Source: Salinisphaeraceae bacterium
Lineage (GTDB): Bacteria; Pseudomonadota; Gammaproteobacteria; Nevskiales; Salinisphaeraceae
Length of the DNA stretch: 59,060 nucleotides
Assembly (NCBI GenBank): GCA_041688215.1
Contig: JBDNIO010000084.1
Span: 1 to 59,060 of the forward strand
Direction of reading: 5' to 3'
Positions within the stretch are counted from its first letter, which is position 1. The number at the start of each line of letters is the position of its first letter. Shown piece by piece: positions 52,689 to 59,060 of the stretch. A program made the translations under genes and the position numbers. Below the pieces are notes generated by a model. It made no database searches. It was not told the DNA's origin and saw only the letters and a program-made list of their open reading frames with translations.

Positions 52689-52950
52689 ACGCGACGTCGC
52701 CATCGTTAACAAATTGGGCCTGCACGCGCGTGCGGCATCCAAATTCGTAACCGAAGCCGGGCGCTTCGACAGCGAAATTCGTGTCTCCAGGGAGGGCCGC
52801 GAAATCTCGGGCAAATCCATCATGGGCGTAATGATGCTGGCGGCCGCACGCGACAGCCGCATACACATCAGCGCCGAGGGGGAAGACGCAGAGGCCGCGC
52901 TCGACGCCCTCGAAGCTCTGGTTCGCGACCGCTTCGGCGAAGATCAGTGA
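52681..52950 (+). CDS. ptsH: HPr-type phosphocarrier protein
   Basis: 89 aa. His-15 region NKLGLHARAA and Ser-46 region SGKSIMGVMML, the HprK target. Confidence 0.9.
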   Translation: MPERDVAIVNKLGLHARAASKFVTEAGRFDSEIRVSREGREISGKSIMGVMMLAAARDSRIHISAEGEDAEAALDALEALVRDRFGEDQ

Positions 52951-53014
52951 TCCGCCTCACGCCTGTTCGCTGGCGCTCCCCTCGCTGCGCTCGCACCTCA
53001 CGCCTCACGACCGC

Positions 53015-54757
53015 ATGAGTCTGTGGCTTAGCGGCATCGGCGTATCCCGTGGCGTGGCCGTAGGCCGCGTGCATCGCGTGCACGGCGCCGATCTGGATAT
53101 ACCCGAATATGCCGTGGCCGCAAAGGATCTCGACGCCGAGGTACAACGTTTCACCGGCGCGCTCTCGGAAGCGCGCAAGCAACTGCAGGACATCCAGGCG
53201 CAGATTCCGGAAAACGCGCCGGCGGAAATCGGCGCGTTTATCGACACGCATTTATTGATGATGCAGGACTCGTCCCTGTCCGACACAGTCGCCAACCTGA
53301 TCCGCGAACACCGCTGCAACGCCGAATGGGCGCTGAAACTCCAGCAGGATCATCTCACCGACGTGTTCGACCAGATGGACAATGCCTATCTTAAAACCCG
53401 GCGCGACGACGTGGCGCACGTGACCGCACGCATCCAGCGCGTATTGCTGAAGCAGGAACGCCGCATCGACGCGCAACACGGCGCCTCGAAAGCGCCGCCT
53501 GTCATCGTGGCCGACGATATCACCCCGGCCGACATAATAATCCTTCACCAGCAAGGCGTGGCCGCCTTCGTTACCGAACACGGCGGCCCCCTGTCGCACA
53601 GCGCCATTCTGGCGCGATCCCTAAAAATCCCCGCCATTGTTGGATTGCACGACGCCCGGCGCATGCTGCTGGACGACGAAACCGTCATCGTCGACGGCGA
53701 GGCCGGGCACGTACTGGCCGCCCCCACCGACGACGCGCTGAAATTTTATCGCCACCGGCAAAAACGTAACCAGCGCTATCAGCGCATGCTTGGCAAGCTC
53801 AAAACCGAGCCAGCGATTTCCGAAGACGGCGTAAAGATTACGCTGAATGCGAACGTAGAACTGCCCAACGACAGCAAAAGCGCCGCCGAAGCCGGCGCCG
53901 AGGGCATCGGCCTGTATCGCACCGAATTTCTGTACATGAACCGCGAGGAAATGCCAAGCGAAGAAGAGCAGCTCGCCGCCTACCTGCGTGTGCTCAACTC
54001 GGTAAAAGGCCCAGTCACCATTCGCACCCTGGATCTGGGTGCAGACAAGACCATCGGTCACGGCCGCGACCCGGCGCAGTCAAGCAACCCCGCCCTCGGC
54101 CTGCGTGCCATCCGCCTGTGCCTGAAGGAAACCGACATGTTCCGGGTGCAACTGCGGGCCCTGCTGCGTGCATCCGCCGAAGGCAACGTGCGCATCATGC
54201 TGCCGATGATTTCCAACATTCAGGAACTGCGCCAGACCCGGCATCTGATCGAAGAGATCAAGCTCGAACTGCGCACCGAGCAACTCAATTTCGACCCCAA
54301 CGTGCAGGTCGGCGCCATGATCGAAGTCCCGGCGGCCGCCCTCTCGGCGCCGCTGCTGGCCCGACACGCGGACTTTTTCTCCCTCGGCACCAATGATCTG
54401 ATCCAGTACACCCTGGCCATGGACCGTATCGATGACGAAATTAGCTATCTTTACGACCCCCTGCACCCTGCGGTATTGCGCCTGATCAAGATGACCATCG
54501 ACGCCGGAAATGCCGGCGGTATTCCCGTATCGATGTGCGGCGAAATGGCCTCCGACCGACGTTATACGCGCCTGCTGCTCGGTTTGGGATTAACGGATTT
54601 TTCCATGCATCCTGCGAGTATTCTTGAAGTTAAACAGTTGATTATCAAGTCCAATGTCGCCCAATTACGGGTGCAGGCGGATGCGGTGTTGGCGTGTACG
54701 GATGCGGTGGAGTATCGGGAGTTGATTGATGCTATTGGGGATGGAGAAGTTTCCTAA
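53015..54757 (+). CDS. ptsI: PTS enzyme I
   Basis: 580 aa. Phospho-His GGPLSHSAILARS and PEP-utilising C-terminal domain. There is no GAF domain, so this is classical EI rather than EI-Ntr. Confidence 0.93.
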   Translation: MSLWLSGIGVSRGVAVGRVHRVHGADLDIPEYAVAAKDLDAEVQRFTGALSEARKQLQDIQAQIPENAPAEIGAFIDTHLLMMQDSSLSDTVANLIREHRCNAEWALKLQQDHLTDVFDQMDNAYLKTRRDDVAHVTARIQRVLLKQERRIDAQHGASKAPPVIVADDITPADIIILHQQGVAAFVTEHGGPLSHSAILARSLKIPAIVGLHDARRMLLDDETVIVDGEAGHVLAAPTDDALKFYRHRQKRNQRYQRMLGKLKTEPAISEDGVKITLNANVELPNDSKSAAEAGAEGIGLYRTEFLYMNREEMPSEEEQLAAYLRVLNSVKGPVTIRTLDLGADKTIGHGRDPAQSSNPALGLRAIRLCLKETDMFRVQLRALLRASAEGNVRIMLPMISNIQELRQTRHLIEEIKLELRTEQLNFDPNVQVGAMIEVPAAALSAPLLARHADFFSLGTNDLIQYTLAMDRIDDEISYLYDPLHPAVLRLIKMTIDAGNAGGIPVSMCGEMASDRRYTRLLLGLGLTDFSMHPASILEVKQLIIKSNVAQLRVQADAVLACTDAVEYRELIDAIGDGEVS

Positions 54758-54778
54758 GTATTCCGGGCACCTTGGGGA

Positions 54779-55260
54779 TCTTTGTTTTTTAGTATCTCTC
54801 ACTCTTGGTTTTCGCCTCTTACGGCGAGTTACTTTCTTTTGCTTGTGCAAAAGTAAGTAACCAAAGAAAAACACACCCTGCCGCGAGCCACTTAATGCGG
54901 TTTCCGCATTAAATGGACACCTGCGCGCTTAACGAGCCGAGGGGCCTGCGGCGCCGGGAACCCCGGCCCGCTCCAGTGCTCGGCTCGCGCCCAAGGGGAT
55001 AAAGCAAAGCGGTCTTGTGGCTGGCGGAGCCAGTATTAAATACGGACTTCGTCCGCACAAAACCCTGCCTTCGTCCCCGTTTAGCGCTTGCCGAGTGGCC
55101 GTGGAGGCATAGGGCCCGGCCATGCCGGAATGGACACTCTGGAATTCCCCTGTAAACGCAGTTTGCAGGGGAACCAGCGCGTGGGCCGCCTTTTTTTGGC
55201 GGCGCAAAAAAAGGTGACTCGCCATCAAGGGGAAACCACAGAGTGAGAAAAACTCAAAGG
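54779..55260. repeat. About 480 bp of hairpin-dense repeat DNA bounded by inverted arms
   Basis: TCTCACTCTTGGTTT (54797-54811) against AAACCACAGAGTGAGA (55233-55248). Internal hairpins: 54828-54861, 54892-54912 (TTAATGCGG-TTT-CCGCATTAA), 55147-55175 and 55183-55213 (GCCGCC-T7-GGCGGC, overlapping CCT7/A7GG). Confidence 0.75.
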
Positions 55261-55343
55261 CCAATTCACCCCACAAAAATACCCGTCCGGTACAATACCG
55301 GCAACCTGACCCCGCCCATCATCAACAAATGTAACAAGCCGAC

Positions 55344-56708
55344 ATGAGCGAAGCCGCCCCGCAACGCGAAGACCACGCCGAAGAGCGCCTGCAGTACCTG
55401 CACGAGGCGCTGGAGTCCGGTCGTATGCGCCGGCTCAAACCGCTGTTGCACGCCCTGCATCCGGCGGAAACCGCGATTTTACTGGAAGCCATTCCGCCGG
55501 CCAAACGCGAGCTGGTGTGGGGGCTGTTGCCAGATGAAGACCACGGCGAAGTCCTGCTGCACGTCAACGACGAGGTGCGCGCCGAGCTGATTGATGGGCT
55601 CGACGACGCCGTGCTGCTCAAGGCCACCGAAGGCCTGGAAATGGACGACCTGGCGGACCTGATCGAGGATCTGCCGGAGACCGTAACGCAGCAGGTTTTG
55701 CGGTCCATGGATCTGCAGAATCGCGAACGGCTGGAAGCGGTTTTGTCCTACCCGGCCGATTCAGCCGGTGGTTTGATGAATACCGATTCGGTAACCGTGC
55801 GTCCAGACGTATCGCTGGCTGTGGTCAGCCGCTATCTGCGCCAGCGAACCACCCTGCCTGATCAAACCGATACGCTGTTCGTAGTCAGCCGCTATGGGCG
55901 CTACCTGGGCATGTTGTCGCTGGCCAGACTGGTCACGGTAGACCCGGAACGCGACGTATCCGAAGTAATGAATACCTCGGTGGAAGCCCTGCCTGCCGAA
56001 TTGTCGGCCAGCCAGGTCGCCAAGCGCTTTCAGGATCTGGATCTGATTTCCGCGCCGGTAGTAGACGCCGAAGACATGCTGATCGGGCGCATCACCATTG
56101 ATGACGTAGTCGACGTGATTCGTGACGAGGCCGAGCACAGCATCATGAGCATGGCTGGCCTGGACGAGGAAGAAGACATTTTCGCGCCCATCCCACGCAG
56201 CGCGCGCCGCCGGGCGGTCTGGCTGGGCGCGAATCTGTTCACCGCCTTCATGGCCTCCTACGTAGTCGGCCTGTTCGAGGCGACCTTATCGGAGGTTGTA
56301 GCGCTGGCGGTACTTATGCCGATTGTCGCCAGCATGGGCGGCATCGGCGGCAGCCAAACCCTGACCCTGATGATACGCGGCCTCGCGCTTGGCCAGATCG
56401 GCTTTTCCAATGCCCGAACGCTGTTGATAAAGGAACTGGCGGTCGCGGCAATTAACGGCATGCTTTGGGCGATAGTCGTGGCCACGGTGGCGTATCTCTG
56501 GTTTGGCAGCGCGGCGCTGGGCGGGGTGATTGCCGGGGCCTTGGTTATCAACCAGATTGTTGCCGCACTGGCCGGGGTCGGCCTGCCGCTGGGTATGCGC
56601 AAGTTGGGGATCGACCCGGCATTGGCCGGTTCTGTGGTGCTGACAACGGTGACCGATGTAGTCGGCTTTGGGGTGTTTCTGGGCCTGGGCGCGCTGATAT
56701 TGCTTTAG
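55344..56708 (+). CDS. mgtE: Magnesium transporter MgtE
   Basis: 454 aa. N-domain, two CBS domains and a C-terminal 5-TM domain (PIVASMGGIGGSQ, TDVVGFGVFLGL). Confidence 0.94.
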   Translation: MSEAAPQREDHAEERLQYLHEALESGRMRRLKPLLHALHPAETAILLEAIPPAKRELVWGLLPDEDHGEVLLHVNDEVRAELIDGLDDAVLLKATEGLEMDDLADLIEDLPETVTQQVLRSMDLQNRERLEAVLSYPADSAGGLMNTDSVTVRPDVSLAVVSRYLRQRTTLPDQTDTLFVVSRYGRYLGMLSLARLVTVDPERDVSEVMNTSVEALPAELSASQVAKRFQDLDLISAPVVDAEDMLIGRITIDDVVDVIRDEAEHSIMSMAGLDEEEDIFAPIPRSARRRAVWLGANLFTAFMASYVVGLFEATLSEVVALAVLMPIVASMGGIGGSQTLTLMIRGLALGQIGFSNARTLLIKELAVAAINGMLWAIVVATVAYLWFGSAALGGVIAGALVINQIVAALAGVGLPLGMRKLGIDPALAGSVVLTTVTDVVGFGVFLGLGALILL

Positions 56709-56756
56709 TGGTGTGCGTCACTCTGCCTGTACAACCACATGATTAAAAAACGAAAC

Positions 56757-56931
56757 TTGTCACTGCGAGGAAGACCCGCTCAGCGGGGCTGACGCGGCAA
56801 TCTCATGGGCAGCTGTATAACGTGCAACGACTCCGACACTGAATTGCCGCGCTGCGCTCGCAATGACGCTTATTCGGGCTGATTGTTACTATTGCTCCTT
56901 AAGTTCCGTTAATTCCAACGCTCTACGTTAG
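56757..56931 (-). mobile_element. Diverged copy of the MITE-like repeat
   Basis: 56784-56931 aligns with window nt 2-140 (CGGGGCTGACGCGGCAATC...ATTGCCGCGCT.CGCTCGCAATGAC...TTAATTCCAACGC.CTAC.TTAG). The left boundary is uncertain. The right end TTAG contains the pmbA stop codon. Confidence 0.7.
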
Positions 56932-58283
56932 CTTCCCGCCACTTTCATCGTATCCAGCAATATCGAGGGTGCGCGCACGCTGCCACGCGTGTCGACATCA
57001 TTGCCGATGGCCGCAATATTCCTGAACATTTCATTCAAGTTGGATGCAATGGTGACGTTTTCTACCGGGTAGGCAATGGCCCCGTTCTCCACCCAGAAGC
57101 CACTGGCGCCGCGGGAATAGTCGCCCGTCATCATGCTTACACCGTGGCCCATGAGCTCGGTAACCAGCAAACCGTTGTGCATTTCCTTTACCAGGGCGGC
57201 AAGGTCTTTCTCGCCGGGGGACACGGTCAAATTGAACACGCCCCCGGCGTTGCCGGTACTCTCCATGCCCAAACGACGCGCGGAGTAGCTGCCAAGCAAA
57301 TAGCCTTGCAAGACGCCGTCCTGCACCAGTTCGCGCTCGATGGTGGCTACGCCTTCAGCGTCGAACGCGGCACTACCCATGGCTTTTTGCAAATGCGGCT
57401 GCTGGGTTAGCTGCACGTTATCAGTAAATATCTGCTCGCCAATACGCCCACGCAGAAAGGAAGCATCCCGATACAGCGCACCGCCGCTGATCGCCCCCAG
57501 AAAATGCCCGAACAGGCTGCGTGCCAACTCGGGCGGAAACAGCACCGGCGCCTGCGTGGTTTTAGGCGTAACCGCGCCCAGACGGGCTACCGTGCGCTCG
57601 CCTGCGCGCTGCCCCACCGCTTGCGCGCTGTCCAGATCCGCCGGATCGCGCGCGCTGGTATACCAGTAGTCACTCTGCATTTGCTCGTCCTGTTTGGCAA
57701 TTACCGAGCAACTGAAACCGTGGTTGGTGGCGTGATGCGTGCCAAAAAAACCGTGGCTATTGGCGTAAGCGGAAATACCTTCGCCGGTATCCACCTCGGC
57801 GCCTTCGGAATTCTGGATGCGTGCGTCTACCGCCATGGCGGCCGCCTCGCATTCACAGGCTAGGGCAATCGCTGCGTCCACGTCCAGGGCCCAGGGGTGG
57901 CGTAAATCCAGATCCGGAAAATGCGTGGCCATGCGCTCGCTCGGCGCCAGCCCCGCCCATGGGTCTTCGCCGGTATAACTGGCGATGGACCAGGCCTGTT
58001 GCACGGCCCTGGCAACCGCGTCTTGCGATAAATCGGTTGTTGTTGCGCTGCCCTTGCGCTGGCCGTTGTACAGCGTAACCGCCAAATCCCGGTCGGCCTG
58101 GAACTCCACCGCGTCCACTTCGCCCTTGCGCACGCTCACACTCAGGCCCTGGCTGGCGTCCAGCGCGGCCTCGGCGGCGCTGGCGCCGATGGCTTTGGCC
58201 TGGGCCAGAACCTGGCTCAACCGATCCTGCAAGGTTTCAACGGATGGCAGATCGGCGCCGATGCGCGCGGGTTGTTTACTCAT
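56928..58283 (-). CDS. pmbA: Metalloprotease PmbA (TldE)
   Basis: 451 aa with a typical PmbA/TldD-family sequence along its whole length. Confidence 0.93.
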   Translation of the reverse strand: MSKQPARIGADLPSVETLQDRLSQVLAQAKAIGASAAEAALDASQGLSVSVRKGEVDAVEFQADRDLAVTLYNGQRKGSATTTDLSQDAVARAVQQAWSIASYTGEDPWAGLAPSERMATHFPDLDLRHPWALDVDAAIALACECEAAAMAVDARIQNSEGAEVDTGEGISAYANSHGFFGTHHATNHGFSCSVIAKQDEQMQSDYWYTSARDPADLDSAQAVGQRAGERTVARLGAVTPKTTQAPVLFPPELARSLFGHFLGAISGGALYRDASFLRGRIGEQIFTDNVQLTQQPHLQKAMGSAAFDAEGVATIERELVQDGVLQGYLLGSYSARRLGMESTGNAGGVFNLTVSPGEKDLAALVKEMHNGLLVTELMGHGVSMMTGDYSRGASGFWVENGAIAYPVENVTIASNLNEMFRNIAAIGNDVDTRGSVRAPSILLDTMKVAGS

Positions 58284-58403
58284 AGACAGTTATTTCCGAG
58301 TGGCAAGCGGCGCCAGCCTACCCCTGTTAATGGATATTGGCTACACCAGAGGTAACGACGGCGCGTGCCAAAATATAATGTAAACGGGTAGCATAGCGCT
58401 GTT

Positions 58404-58901
58404 ATGGCAGGTTTCTTCTCACTCCGTCCGCGTTCAATAACCGGCTTGCTTTTATCAAGTTTCGGCCTGGTCGCCTTGCCGCTGATTATCGCCGTGGTCT
58501 ACGGCGTGGTCTATGTAGATCGGCTGACCAACCAGAGCGAACGGCTGATATTACAAGGCGTCAAGGTAACCCGCACCAGCCGTCTGCTGCTGAATGTAAT
58601 CACCGATATGGAGCGCAATGCGCGCCAGTATGCGGTGCTGGCAGACCCCCAACTCGCGAAAAGTTTCGCGGAGAACCACCGCAAGTTTCAACGAAACCTG
58701 AATGACCTGCAACAGCTGAGCCTGAATACCGTGGCCGACTGGAAACTCGATGAATTGGCGGCGCAGGGCCAGATCATTGCCCAGGCAATTGCCGCTGATC
58801 CACCCGATCAGGCACATCTGGATTCGCAGCTCACCGAATTCGAACCCTTGCGCGAACGCGCCAGGGCCATAAGCGACATCGAACGAGATCTCGGCCGCTA
58901 G
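58404..58901 (+). CDS. Membrane-anchored sensor-like ORF, possibly the 5' part of a GlrK/QseE-type histidine kinase gene
   Basis: 165 aa. One TM helix (ITGLLLSSFGLVALPLIIAVVYGVVYV) followed by a periplasmic-type helical domain (ERNARQYAVLADPQLAKSF). There is no second TM, HAMP or kinase domain, and the stop TAG lies in the CTAG terminus of the repeat at 58898. Confidence 0.5.
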   Translation: MAGFFSLRPRSITGLLLSSFGLVALPLIIAVVYGVVYVDRLTNQSERLILQGVKVTRTSRLLLNVITDMERNARQYAVLADPQLAKSFAENHRKFQRNLNDLQQLSLNTVADWKLDELAAQGQIIAQAIAADPPDQAHLDSQLTEFEPLRERARAISDIERDLGR

Positions 58902-59037
58902 TGTAGTGCGTTGGAATTTACGCTACTTAAGCGGCGATGAGCCCGAGAACCTGTCATTGCGAGCGAAGCGCGGCAATCTAGTGCCGGAGTCGTTGTAAGT
59001 TATGCGGCTCGCCACTGGATTGCCGCGTCAGCCCCGT
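58898..59037 (+). mobile_element. MITE-like repeat, copy at the right window edge
   Basis: Starts CTAGTGTAGTGCG and is the reverse complement of nt 1-140 (139/140). It is followed by TTAG-GTTCACTGCG, which resembles another element terminus. Confidence 0.8.
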
Positions 59038-59060
59038 TAGGTTCACTGCGTTCAGCTCGC

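Noticed and set aside
54665-55276. ORFs of 69 and 115 aa in the ptsI-mgtE spacer
   Set aside because: They are translations of hairpin/repeat DNA (KQKKVTRRKRRK, PATRPLCFIPLG...), with no ribosome-binding site and very biased composition.
54758-55343. M-box or other Mg2+ riboswitch upstream of mgtE
   Set aside because: I could not recognise the conserved M-box core by eye. This needs a covariance-model scan before any claim.

Overview
A 59-kb, roughly 60% GC stretch of gammaproteobacterial core chromosome with a Pseudomonas/Xanthomonas-like gene order. It is probably a whole contig, because both ends stop inside inverted, 139/140-identical copies of one repeat. From left to right (mostly minus strand until rnpB): Nudix/ThiE-like fusion, argJ, secA, M23 peptidase, DUF721 (+), lpxC, then a complete dcw cluster (ftsZ-ftsA-ftsQ-ddl-murC-murG-ftsW-murD-mraY-murF-murE-ftsI-ftsL-rsmH-mraZ) with a clear Pmra promoter and MraZ-box-like repeats. 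Next comes RNase P RNA (rnpB), which lies under the 5' part of a spurious 720-aa plus-strand ORF. After it: a DUF4331 secreted protein plus a small lipoprotein, rsmI, lpoA-yraN-diaA-like, sspBA, cytochrome bc1 (petABC), hisCDG, murA, ibaG, an ABC-2 exporter, then yrbG-kdsD-kdsC-lptC-lptA-lptB-rpoN-hpf-ptsN-hprK-rapZ-EIIA(Man)-ptsH-ptsI, mgtE, pmbA and a short sensor-like ORF. I found no transposase, integrase, CRISPR array, tRNA, rRNA or recognisable defence, toxin or prophage gene, so I cannot point to a clear novel multi-gene system. Five things deserve a second look. (1) The DUF4331 + lipoprotein pair is the only accessory-looking insertion. (2) A diverged relic of the murG 5' end plus a hairpin insert breaks the otherwise seamless translational coupling of the dcw operon. 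(3) A CTAG-flanked MITE-like family has four copies, two of them at the window ends. (4) Palindromic intergenic elements with internally periodic arms (TTAACCAC... and GTGAGGG types) occur at several sites, including inside operons. (5) The structured 275-bp hprK-rapZ spacer is also exactly filled by a start/stop-coupled 93-aa ORF. Many ORF-track start sites are N-terminally over-extended, and the large antisense ORFs are GC-driven artefacts.
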